Source of the DNA: the human T2T-CHM13v2.0 reference genome, Homo sapiens
Length of the DNA stretch: 64,000 nt
Direction: 5' to 3' (one strand)
Assembly: GCF_009914755.1 (NCBI RefSeq)
Contig: NC_060927.1
The position numbers were made by a program, and so were the translations under genes. Below the pieces are notes generated by a model that made no database searches, was not told where the DNA came from, and worked only from the letters and a program-made list of their open reading frames with translations. Within the stretch, counting starts at the first letter, position 1, and each line of letters starts with the position of its first letter. Of the stretch, positions 31,241 through 44,156 are shown piece after piece.

Positions 31241-34200
31241 ATCTAAAAACGTAGCAAGTCTTTGTAATTTTTACTCATGAAGTCTCACTCACCTTTCTTT
31301 TTCCTTTTTCTACAAACAACTTATACAGAATTATATTTTTCCTTTAGTGAGAATTTAATTCATTCTTATATGTTATAGCTGCTGTAACGATAGCCACTCC
31401 TAGGAATCACCCATTAGCAGTTCACATTGCCTTTTTAGCGCTCTATCCGAAACACTTAAGAGACCCCTCAACCTACATGCCTAACTGGAAACCCAAATAA
31501 AGTAGCCCTTTCACATCTGAGCCAAGGTGGAAGGGAAAGTAGATTTTACCAAATTAGAAGAGCAATGAAATGCACATGTCTTAGGAGTTACAAATGCAAT
31601 TTCCGTGTCTCACAATTGACACAGAAAGAAACACAAAATACTCAACAAAAACTAGGTAAAAAGTAAAGTTGGTTTTGGGAGACAAAGCATTTCTTTTTGG
31701 CAGTGAGATATTCAAGAAGTTAAAAAAATTGTAAAATAAAACTAACTTTGATGAAATGGGAGAGGTCTAAGTGCCACACATTTGTCCTTATTCTCTGCTC
31801 ACAAAAATTCACCTATTTGTGCAGAATTTATGGAGGGCCAGGTGCTTTCATTTTCATGAGTCAAAAATGGAATGGGAAGACCTAGCCCTGACGTTGCCTT
31901 CTACATGGCACTGTTTAATCTTCCCGCTGCTCTATGACCTCACGGATTTATAGTCCCCAATTCAACAGGCTCTGATAAGATGTGGCAAGAAAATAAATCA
32001 GAGCCTTTTGCATTTCTTCCTTTTTCACATTTATGAGAAAATAACCTTCAGCAAGAAGCTAGAAGACCAGAATCCTAGTCTGTGGTCTACTCTGGATTAC
32101 ACTGAAATCCCTGGCAGCATCAAGAAGTGGTTAGGAACAAGGTACTTCAATCGGCAAGTCCAAATTTGAATGCCAGATCCATCCATCACTATGTGCTCTG
32201 AGAACCTGGGCCAGTCACATCACCTCTCAAGGCCTCAACTTCCCCACCTGAGAGGCAGAGAAACCATTGTTCCGTTCAGAGTATCGATGGAAGAATTAAA
32301 TGGCACTCCTTGGGAAGTGACTGGCACAGGCTGCCCTTAGTGAGTGCCCAGTAAATGTTACATGTCATCACTGCTTAATTTCTCTGAGTCTCCATGTCCT
32401 CCCAGGGTTGCCAAAAGTATCTGAGGAAATAGTTAAAACGGAATGTGTTTTATAATGGAATGTGTTTATAGGCTTTATATACCAAGCCGCCTCCACATGT
32501 AAAGTATTAATGTTTCCACTCAAGACAGGTAGGGCCTTGGTATAGCTGAGCCTGTCTCAACTACCCATTGCTGCAGCTTATGAAACATGCTAACATACTC
32601 ACAGAGCCTGTGCTTGGGGTACTTTCTCACTGCTGAGGTTTTATTTGTGGGGCATCATCACAAATGATGATGATGATAAATTATGTCAGTTACCCAAAAA
32701 ATATTTTTCAGAGCGCCATCACACCTAAGGTAAAGCAGGAGGATGAGGGTGAAGAGGAAGTAATCAGAGCCTCTCTCAGCATAACCTCCGGACATTCTCA
32801 CTCCTCCCTGGTGCCTCCCCACACCCCCAACCCTGTCACTTTCTTTTCTCAGCAGGTTTCAAAATGCCTTGTGTCTAATGGCTTTCTGGGGCTCCACCAG
32901 TCTCTGTTACCGTAAAAAGCAGTTGATGATACTCATTGAAATGAAAATGGAGTAATTAGCATGTAGCATTCAAACTTAAAAGAATGCATGAGAATTTAAA
33001 GATAAGGCAAATGATGCTAAACAGAAAGGAATTTATTTTCCGTGTCATCAGAAATGTGAGGATAAAAATTATGAAAGCCTACTTTTGGATGCACTGTCAG
33101 ATTACAGAGAGAGCGCTTTTCTGGAAAGATGCTTCATTGACATCCATCCTGCATGGAGTACTCGGAGAAAATGGAACTCAGTGAAAACAAAGGGAATTTG
33201 TCTCAAACTAGCATCAGTCAATGAAAATTCCACATAATCTCAAAAGAGATACCATATTCAAAATCAGATGCTTACTCGGGAAAGAGGCACAAAGGAGAAA
33301 CATTCAATTCTAGTGGTTAAATACTAGTAGGAGTAAATGAAAAGGCATGCCTTAGAATGCTCACGGCCTTGGGGCGTGGTGGTTACAAATTATCAGATGT
33401 GTGTGAAAAAAATAAATAAAACTGAGCAATAGTCAGAAATGCCTTGTGTACTTGGGCAGAACGTCACAATCATTTCTTCACCCACATTCTCAACCTTGGC
33501 TGCACGGCTCCACCAAGATTTCATCAAACTCAACACATTCGAAGTCTTCCCTCAACCTTAGCTCCTCCTGCTGACAACCCTTGCCTGCCCACTGCTGTAC
33601 CATATCTGCCTGCACACAGGTCTACAGCAGTTGTCTCTTCCTCCTCAAATCTCCCAGCACTCAGTTCTTAAGTTGTCAAGGTCCTGCCTACAGGTGGAGA
33701 TGACCTTTCCCTTCAACTTCCATGGCCACCACCCAGATTCACACTCTTGGCAACCTGAATAGCCACAGTATCCATCTAACTTCTCTCCCTGCTTTTGTTC
33801 TCTTCCCATCCAATCCACTGTCAACTGATCATCTTCTCTGGTCATGCCATTCTCCAGGTCAAATGCCTTCAAAGGCTCCCCAGAGCCCACAGAGTAAAGC
33901 CACTTCCCTGTGTGTGGGCCTCAGAGCCCTCAGTGATCTGAGACCAAACCATCTGCTCAGCTTTATTTCCTTCCCCCACTGAAAGGCAGAGTTTCAGCTG
34001 CTCCAAACTCACCGTGCCTCAAACTCTCCACAGTTCCTACCTCTGTGATTTGACTCAGTCATCTGCTCTCCAATCATGCTTTCCCACCAACCCCATGTGC
34101 TAAAATTCCTCCTGCCTTGAAGACTGGTTCTACCGTGGATGAAGCCAGTTGTCAGCTCTCCTACCTTTAAGCTGTACAGCATTTGGATGCCATTCAAGGC

Positions 34201-36712
34201 CTCTCAGTGTACCACCCCAAGAAGCAGTAGCATGCAATGGGGACAGGTACAGAGTCTAGAGTCACACTGCCCAGCTTCCACTCTTGATTGCAGCTTTTGC
34301 AGTGTGTGACTGGAGGCAATTACTTACCTCACTCTGCCTCTGTTTCCCTATCTGTGTAATACACATGATGACAACAGTATTTACTTAGCACAGGACAATA
34401 CTTGATAATTATGAGCTGTTCCTCTTATTGCTCACCTGAATCTCTGAACAAGACCACAAAATTGCCACTGATACTCCCACAGCATCCTCCATAGGGATGC
34501 TCAACATATGCCCAATGATGTCCAACACATTTTAGAAAAAAATGAAAGAAGACTGCCAGTTAAAGCTACCTGCAAAGTTTCTTCTCTACTCCAAACATAG
34601 AGCAATGATGCAGAAAACATTTTTTAATGGAGCTCATACCAACCATTATGAATTCTTCTGATACTGACAAAATAAATCACAGAGTAATTCTCTAGATATT
34701 TTTAACAAATTTTTCACTCATTACAATATTTATTGAGCAGCTACTGGCAATATCTGAGGTCTGGGAATACTGATGGAATGTACTGATCAGGTAAGAAATT
34801 TACTGTATTAAAATAGGGAGCAATTGTTAAGTTCTGTAATATGTATAGGAAACAGCCCTTGTAAAAGATCGTGTATATAAAATGTTATGTTTATATGTTT
34901 GGGAATAGTTTCTGTAATTAGCTTTGTTGGTAGAAATAGAATGTATTGAATCTGTAGAGACAGAATTAGAAATGCCTGCATCAGCAAAATCATGGCTTAG
35001 GTCAGCAGAACTAGGGACAAGCATGTATTAAGGAAATCATGTGGTTTTGAGAAGGGGGACCGGAATGGCATTTAGAAGTTTGGGCAGAGATTATACAGGA
35101 CAAGTTTGAGCCATCAGTAAAGGTCTGAAAGCTTAAGAAATTCCAGGTAATACCTTTTGCCTTGGTGGATCTCCCACTGTCCTGGGTTCAACCTGGATAA
35201 GGAGACCAGGAGACCAATAATTCATGTTACCTCTTTCTCCTGTCTGCCCACCCCCAGCACAGAGGGAGGCCCAGGTCTCCTGGGGGTTTTGCTTGTCCTG
35301 GGTTATTAGCAACTGTGGCCTGTAAAGACTTGGGTGCTCTTCTGGCCCTGCTACCAAAGAAGGGCAAGATGCCCAAAAGGATTAACACAGGACATCAATA
35401 GGATTAGCAGCAGAACATATACTGCTTCCCATCAAGATCTTACAGCGAGATAAGTCCAAAGACCCCTATCTCTCTTCTAAGGACCAGTCAAGAAAATAGT
35501 AAGCAGGGTAAGTATAAGAGGATCTTGGTCTATTAATCCATTTCTTTTTCTTTAATGAGATCAGTTGTGTTTCAAATACTTGATCGCTAAAACTTCTAGA
35601 TGGAACAATATGTTCTTTGCAGAAAAAGCTAGAGAACAAGGTAAACGTCAAACAATGTCTTATCAAATCAACCTGCATCCAAATACATCAGACAATGCTA
35701 GTGAGTAATGCTGAGTTTCGGCCAACCCTTTGGCTCACATTAGCACATCAGTTGGAGTTCCTGCGCAATGGTTTTGGTCTTCCAAGTAAGTTGAGATCAT
35801 AACCTTTTTGTTGTTGTTTCCTGCCAGACAAAGAAGTGGTTTCACACTCAGCCTTTTCCAGACCACCAAAAGACAATAAGACACTAAAGCAACCCACCCC
35901 ATATGCAACTCCTGCCAACTCCAAATCTCCTAAAACAATAAGCTGAACAAGGCCAGGAGATGGGGTTTATGTGAGGTCCACCACCTCTGCCTAAGAATGA
36001 ATCATAAAACCACTAGCACTCCATTCCCCAGCTTCACACTGCCTAGCCCCAACCTACTCGAACTGTGCATAATGAAAATGAAATCAGGAACACACTGAAC
36101 CTAAAACCTCAAGTACATTTTAAATCTTGTTTTAGATTCATCTATATTAACAGAGGTCAGGCAATTTCTTTATTCAAGCTAAGTTATTCTTACTGGTATA
36201 ATGACAAAAGTGGTCAGACACATTCTTTCTACTAAAAAAAAAAAAAAAATACCCTGACAAAGTACATTCTAAAACTCAGTAGAGAATATGGAAATAGCTT
36301 GCAATAAACTTTGCCTTATAAAATAACTAATGAAGGAAATAACCCAGTTATTTGGCAATGGGAAACAACCATTTGTATATTATTACGTATTTGGTAGGTC
36401 ATTAATTAGAAGCACTTTTTATTTTCTAGCATAGCATTTTTCAAAAATGTCTTACAAAGAACACCAGTGCAACAAGAGAAAAGCAAGTCACGTAAGTTTG
36501 AGAAGCTCTGCCTTCTCTGGTCCCCTTCTTGGAAATGACTAATGCATATTTGCATATTAAAGACTGAGACTGTAACTCTGTGGAATCCCTCATTTCCCCA
36601 AGTTCACTTGGCACTGCAACCCTTTTTCTCTCATAACACATATCAACAGCCCACAAAATGGCTGTTCTGCCAAGCACAATTTGGGGAAAATTTCTTCTAG
36701 AAATGGGATGTA

Positions 36713-37032
36713 GGCCAGGCACGGTGGCTCACACCTGTAATCCCAGCACTTTGGAAGGCTGAGGCAGGCAGATCGCTTGAGCTCAGGAGCCTAGCCTGGG
36801 CAACATGGTGAAACCCCGTCTGTACCAAAAATACAAAAAAAAAAAAAAAAAATAGCCAGGCATCGTGGCACATGCCTGTAGTCCCAACTATTCAGGAGGC
36901 TGAGGTGGGAGGATCACTTGAACCTGGGAGGTAGAGGTTGCAGTAAGCCGAGACTGTGCCACTGTACTCCAACCTGGGTGACAGAGTGAGACCCCGTCCC
37001 CCACCGCCCCCCGCAAAAAAAAGAAAAGAAAA
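36713..37032 (+). mobile_element. AluJ SINE
   Basis: Dimer with a small internal deletion, gaggatcacttgaacctggg. Confidence 0.88.
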
Positions 37033-37484
37033 GGGACATAGTAAAATGGTTTAAGAGCTGAGACTCCAGAGTCAGGCTGATTCAAACACTAGCTTCACCA
37101 TTTGTTAGCAGTGTGACATTGGGTTTGTCCCTCTGTTCCCCCAGGTAAGATGGGCAAAGTAACAGCACCTACCTCCTAGGCCATGGGTCTTTCCATCTGA
37201 GTGGAACAGTCTTCTGAGATCCTCACATGGCTGGTCCTTTTGGTTATGCAGGTCTCAGTTCATACTGTCACCCCCTCCAAGAGGCCTTCCCTGACAACCC
37301 AACATAAAATTAGCCCCACCCACATCACCAGTGCTTCACTCTCTTCTTCATGACACGCCTCTATTTAAACCATAAAATTGTCATCTATTTTCCCCCAATA
37401 GAATGTAAGCACCATGAAGGTACATTTTGTTAATTATCATTGCTATATCCCAAAACAGATCTTCAATAAGTATTCATCCAACGA

Positions 37485-37550
37485 AGGAATGAATGGATGG
37501 ATTAATGAATGAATGAATGGATGGATGAATGAATAAATGAATGAATGAAT
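37485..37550. repeat. (TGAA/TGGA)n tail of an L2 fragment
   Basis: Read directly; preceded by L2 3'-like sequence. Confidence 0.8.
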
Positions 37551-38625
37551 GAGATGATTCAGTGTGAATCAACGTAAAGCATTCTTCATGATGCCTGACA
37601 CATAAGCTGACACATACAGATGCTATTTTGAAAACTTTTGGGGAACCGTGAGTGGTTAATACACACATAATCATAATTCTCCCAATAAGTAACATTATGA
37701 CTCCACAGTGTATCCTCTTGCTGTATTAGAGGTAAACATTTCACAACATTCATTCAGAGGTGTGCCAGTAAACCAGCTTTCAGGAATGGGCAAGGGAATG
37801 GGGAAGGTAGTCCCTAAGAGTAGCATCTTCCAATTTCCATGGTGTAAATACACCAAATATGACCAATTCCAGGCTACGTGTGGTTTAACACCAGGATCAT
37901 GAGATTCCTGAGAATTTAACAAATGGCTCTCACAGGGCAGTACAACCCTTCTCATGGGAATGATCCTTTCAGGCCTTCAAGTCTTGTTTGCTGAGTTCAA
38001 GTTTAACATGAGTCTTTTATATACAGATGTATTTTCCAAATTCTCCCCCTCTTGATGAGCTAAAATAAGGGCTACCTACTCACTTTGGTCTGATGCTCAG
38101 GGAAACTAGTTGAATGTATTGGTCTGCACTTTCTGTTCTCCCTTCTGTGTGCTTTCAAACTGGTGTTTAGGGATCTAAACATGATCTATATCCACACCAG
38201 ACCATTGTGAGAACCAGCCAATCTCAGAAAACCCAAGATGAATTGTGTTTAGATTCATTTAAATGGAGGCAGCCACATAAGGCACCATCTAGTAAGTGCT
38301 ATCAATGAGCAGAATCTAATTGCAGAAGAAGAATGACTCCACCCTGACCACAAGATCCCAACAAGGAGTGAGAAATGGTGCTGCAGATGGAGATTTCTCT
38401 GGCATCACAGCCTTGCTGCCCCTTGGCATCAAAATAAAACAGCAGCTTTTTCCAACTATAGTGATCCTCTATCAACTGCAGTTTTGAGATAACACAAGAA
38501 AAATTCCAAAATCCACAGTTAGTCTACATGCAAGTAACAACATGCCAGTAATTGTTGCTCCTCTTCTGTAAACTACATGAGAGGTCTATGAAGTAAGACA
38601 TGGAGAAAATTACTTTCTGCTCTAC

Positions 38626-39205
38626 TGTATTTGTTATCTATTGCTGTGTAACAAATTACCTTAAAATTGAGCAGCTTAAAAGAGTACACATTTATTATCT
38701 CACAGTTTCTGTGTGTCAGGAATCAAGGCACAACTTAAGTGGTTCCTCTGTTTCACAGTCTCTCACAGCCTGCAATCAAGATGTCATCCCAGGACCTGTC
38801 TTCTTATCTGAAGCTCGACTGGGAAAGGATCCACTTCCAAGCTCACTAAATGGCTGTTACCAGGTTTCCTTTCTTTGTGGCTGTTGAAATGAGTGCCTCT
38901 GTTCCTTACTGAGTGTTGGCTGGAGGCCACCCTCAGTTCCTTACCACATGGGCCTCTCCACATGGCAGCTTGCTTCATCAAAGCATGCAAGCTATGAAGG
39001 CAATAGAGTCTGCTAGTAAGATGGAAGTAACAGTCTTATGTAACCTAATCCTGGAAATAACATTGACATTCTGTTAATTTTGCCATATTCTATCATTTAG
39101 GAGCAAGTTATGAGGATCAACCAATACTCGAAGAGGATTATATAATGGTGTGAATTCCAAGGAGTAGGGATTATTGGAGGCCATCTTGGAAGTCTTCTCA
39201 CCACA
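38626..39205 (-). mobile_element. MLT1 (E/F-like) MaLR LTR
   Basis: tgtatttgttatctattgctgtgtaacaaattacc...ggaggccatcttggaagtc. Confidence 0.75.
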
Positions 39206-40429
39206 TTCACCCTCTTGGAAGATGGATGGGAAGACCAGGCCCAACCAAAACATCTCTTTAAGCTTTTCAATATGAAACCAAGCCATGTGGTTTCCCAAGC
39301 ATGTTGGTAAAGTATCATTAAAACGAAACAAGGAAGAATAGGAGTAGAGGACATTAAATTTGCAGACACAAAAGTCTTTTCCTATGTGCTAGGCAAATAT
39401 AACCCACATCAGAGCAAATTCCTGGGAGCATCTGCACTTTTGCAAATCCCAACATGGAAGCCATGTCTTCCGACCAACCAAACAAGTGACTCACAAGAAG
39501 CACCACCATCTGAACAGGTATACTGCCAAGAAATCTAGTTTGGTCTAGAAGGAAATATCTTCTAGAATTTTTATTTATTGCTATAGAATAGTTTGAAAAC
39601 ATATTTAATGCCATTTTATTGCTTGTTATTTTCTGTGAGATCCACGTCTCCCTACAGCAGTTTTGCCTGCATGATACTTTTAAGGTCCATATCCACCACA
39701 GTGGCAAGGAACTGCTATTAAAATTTCAAACCTTGGCAGTCATCCACATTTTTTCTAAGCTCTACCCAACCACATATTCTCAGATACACGAGCATCCCAA
39801 CATTGAATGGTGGTAAAAGGCCAGAGAGACTGCCTCTGAAGGACTTCAAATGATTTAATCTACTAAGGGCAAAACACATACTCAGAAAACCTGTAATACT
39901 CTGTCCTAGACAAATGTAAATGCAGACAAAAATTATCTTAACCCTAAACACTCAAAATTGGTCTGTGCATTTTACCATTCTTTCCCATAGGCTTTACTTT
40001 CTGCAAATCTCATCCCCAATTCAGTAATAAAAATATTTAGGGTCATTGTGTTGCTAATCCTATTTATTTTTTCCTTTAGAGAGATGATATTTGATAAACA
40101 ACTAAACTGAATAGTACCATACCTAAAAGACTCTGAAACCACAGCCACCTGTGGGAAAGCAATTGTTTATAAACCAACTTACAGTTGATATGTCCTGTAT
40201 ATGCTTGGATCGCGGATATGTGCTGAATAATAATGGAATGCATGTGCAGTGAGCAAAGACTAATACAAAATTCCAGTTTAATGGTCTTAAGCCGGCAGGA
40301 AGGTCATAAAGCAGATGACAAAGGGAATTTTGTTAAGGATGTAGATATCTTCCAACCTGTGAAAATAACTTGATAACATATTTTCACTTATAAATTAAGG
40401 CTTTGGGGAAATACAGTGAATGCTCTTAC

Positions 40430-40846
40430 CTCTCTAAGATGTATGTTTTCCTTCTCTTTCTGATCTAAAATCACTTCCAAGTGGCTGACCTGAGACTCAG
40501 CCTCTGCCATCCGCCGCGTTCGCTCATTGTCATCCTCCAGGCTTTTGGATGGCAAGCCTTTACTTTGCAACATCTCAAGAAGTTTTTTAATTGACTCATC
40601 TCGGGCATTGAGGGTTTGTTTCTGCGTTTCAATTCTCAGCTCCATTTCCTCTAATGTCTTCCTCAAAAGGAACAGCTCCTTAGCCTGCCTGTCATGCTCG
40701 GCTTGGAGCCGCCTAAAGTTCTCCTCGGTCAGCTCGATGGTGAAGTGCTCCGCTCCTCGGTTGCCACTCTCTTGCTGGAGGAGGTGGTTGAGGTCTCTCT
40801 GGGTTCGCAGCTCATCTTGAAGGGCCTGGATTGTCAACTGTAGGTG
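40430..40846 (-). CDS. ERC2: Internal coding exon of ERC2 (ELKS/RAB6-interacting/CAST family member 2), N-terminal coiled coil; 417 nt, 139 codons, phase 0/0
   Basis: Peptide HLQLTIQALQDELRTQRDLNHLLQQESGNRGAEHF...EKENIHLRE recognised as ERC2 (the ERC1 paralog reads HMQMTIQ...). Acceptor on the minus strand is a long pyrimidine tract ...ctttctcattgcag|CAC; donor is GAG|gtaaga. Local CpG retention is typical of a coding exon. Confidence 0.96.
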
Positions 40847-40900
40847 CTGCAATGAGAAAGATGGAGCGGGAGAGGAGAAAGAAGGAAAAAAAGTCAATGA
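40847..40900 (-). promoter_or_regulatory. 3' splice site: polypyrimidine tract and putative branch region of the ERC2 exon
   Basis: Minus strand cattgacttttttccttctttctcctctcccgctccatctttctcattgcag. Confidence 0.85.
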
Positions 40901-41492
40901 AAATGTCAAGTGCCGCTTGCTGCCACCACACTATGAAGATGGAATGTTAATCATGAGGTCCGGAGGGCCAGCCATGAATTCCTCCACGGTGACTTCAGAA
41001 GCATGGGACAGCACATGGAGAGGGGGAGATTAATTCAGTGATGCTTTCTGAATGTCTTGAGAGAAGAGAAATGCACACACACACAGAAACAATAGATTAG
41101 TGTCAATCACAAGGGAAATTATACATCTACAGAGTTTTAATTTAGGAAATGGAAAAGGTTAGAAGGAAACTTTCACAAACACACCTTCTTTATGCCCAGA
41201 ATGCTCCAGACTCAGTATTCCTTGTTTCCTAAGGTATTCTTTATTGTACTATCCATTATTTCCCACGATCAATATGTGGTGATTTAAAAATGAAAATAAT
41301 AGCATCCACTACAAGTAGACACAAACAAAGACTTTATTTTTTACAAATAAAGCTGTGAACAGGTTTAGTAAACAGGATTACTGCATCTGCAAGCAAAAGG
41401 GAATAAATGCAGGCACAGACAAACACACTCAAACACACAAGGAGGTGAGGCTGCACAGAGCAGAACAAACAAGCTGCAAAGAGTGGACAAAC

Positions 41493-41516
41493 CTTGGTTC
41501 TTCTGGCATCCAGTAA
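41493..41516 (-). CDS. ERC2: Candidate 24-nt alternative microexon of ERC2 (TTA CTG GAT GCC AGA AGA ACC AAG = LLDARRTK)
   Basis: Minus strand ...ttttttttcatttaccaTGCtgttcag|TTACTGGATGCCAGAAGAACCAAG|gtttgt. Multiple of 3, phase 0 like the next exon, no stop, UGC at -10..-8, no AG for about 88 nt upstream. Confidence 0.75.
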
Positions 41517-42469
41517 CTGAACAGCATGGTAAATGAAAAAAAAATGAAGCAAAAAATCAACACAAAGAAAAGTCCAGTGCAAGCAAAGGATATTTAACAG
41601 AAAGAACTTAACACAAAGTACCTTCACAGAAGAAGAAAAAAAAAAAGAAAAAAAAATTCTAATTACAGCAAAGACCCATAAGCTACATGGAGTTTATAGC
41701 ATTGACGTTTGATAGACATGGAAAAAAAAAAGAAAGACCAAACCTGAGGTTTATCCCACCTTTTGTTTTCCTAAATCTCACTGACCCAGAAACAGAAAGT
41801 CTTGAAAGTATTACTAGAGAGGGAAGCAACTGTTATTTTGGGTCACCATTTTAAGCAAAGTCAGAGTGAAAGCACCAGAGAAACAAAATAGTTATCAGAT
41901 GTGAGAAAAGGCACCCGTGCTTGAAGATAGTTGATGAATTTGGCAACACCTTTCCCCATAGGACAAACCCCCAGGCTGGTCAGAGAAGGCAGCCACAAGC
42001 CTGAAGGCATTTCTATCCCTATGGACAAGCCAAGATGCTTCCAAGACAGCAGCTGTTCATTCGCCAAACACATGATCCTGCTTGTGGAATGAACACAGTG
42101 CTAAGCACAGGAATCAAGAGGGACATAAGACATAGCTCCTGCCCACAGGGAACTCACAGTATTGTAAGGCATGGGGTAATACTATAAGTTATATGAATAT
42201 TGGAGCAGTCAACATTTTGAAATCTTTCTGAATTCCTATAGCTGACACTCAGAGGTATTGAGATCTTTCTGAGTGTGGCCTACACCCAGAAACTAGCACT
42301 GGGTGATGCACCATCTTGATTATATTGTTTCTGGGTATCCAATTCATATTCCCATTTATGAATGTCCATTGAGAAATTATTAGAGCATTCTCATCTGTAT
42401 ACCACAGTGCCTCTCAGGGTATTGAATGCAGAGAAAGAAACTGATATGTATTTAATGATGGAGGTTATT

Positions 42470-42819
42470 CATTTTTAATACAATGCTCCCCTATAAAGTG
42501 TAACATACAAAGTTGTACAACCATCAACACAATAAATTTTTTAACATTACCTCAGAGACACCTCATGCCCTTTAGCAGTCATTCCCCATCTCCCTCCCTT
42601 TCCCCAGGCCCTGGTAACCACTGATTTACTTTCTGTCTTTATGCCTGTTATGGACCTTTCATATCAATGGTATCATGCAATAAGTGGTTTCTTTCACTTA
42701 GCATGTTTCCAAGGTTTATCCATGTGGTAGTGTGCATCTGTACTTCGTTCCTTTTTATGGCTGAATAATATTCCATTGAACGAATATACCACATTTTATG
42801 TATCCATTCATCAGTTGAC
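42470..42819 (-). mobile_element. Old L1M 3' fragment (reverse)
   Basis: ttcacttagcatgtttccaaggtttatccatgtgg...ataccacattttatgtatccattcatcagttga. Confidence 0.8.
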
Positions 42820-43295
42820 TCAGACACAAATATTCATAGCAGCAACATTCATATTAGTCAAAAAGTGTTAACAACCCATTTGTCAATCAACTGGTGAATG
42901 GATGAAATCTAGTATATCAATTTAATGGAATATTATTCAGCCATAAAAAGGAATGAAGTGCTGACATACAGGATAAGATGGATAAATCTGAAAACATTAT
43001 GCCATGTGAAAGAAACCAGTCACAAAAGACCACATATTGTATGATTCCACTAATAGAATGTCCAGAATAAACATATCCATAGATGGAGAATAAATTAGTG
43101 ATTGCTGGGGGGTGTGGAGTAAATGGGGGGACTCTAAAGGGTATGGGGCATCTTCTAGGGTGATGAAAATGTTCTCAAGTTAGATAGGGGTGTCCTTTGC
43201 ACCACTTTGTGAATATACTAAAACCAACGAATTTCACACTGTAAATGAGTGAATTGTATGGTACATAAATTATATATCAACAAAGTTGTCACAAA
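42820..43295 (+). mobile_element. Old L1M (L1MB-like) 3' fragment (forward)
   Basis: ggaatattattcagccataaaaaggaatgaag...gggtgatgaaaatgttct...tatatcaacaaag. Confidence 0.8.
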
Positions 43296-43503
43296 AATCA
43301 TGAGGTGGGACCATAAAGTAATCTAACCTTCCTCTACCAACCCGCTGTCCTTAAACCACATTAGAACAGAGTCCACAGGAGTATCCGCAGCCTTCAGCCC
43401 AGAGATGCGGCTGCAGCCAAGACTCTTGAAAGAGTGCTTTGGCAACTGTCTTTGAGGCATTTTATATATCTATATATATATACATATATAGCTAGATAGG
43501 TAG

Positions 43504-44156
<653 letters not shown>

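Noticed and set aside
40527-40820. 97-aa plus-strand ORF
   Set aside because: Antisense shadow of the ERC2 coding exon; no independent support.
40388-40909. 173-aa ORF treated as a standalone gene
   Set aside because: The ends (MTFSLTFF..., VRAFTVF...) are translated intron; splice sites delimit the real exon at 40430-40846.
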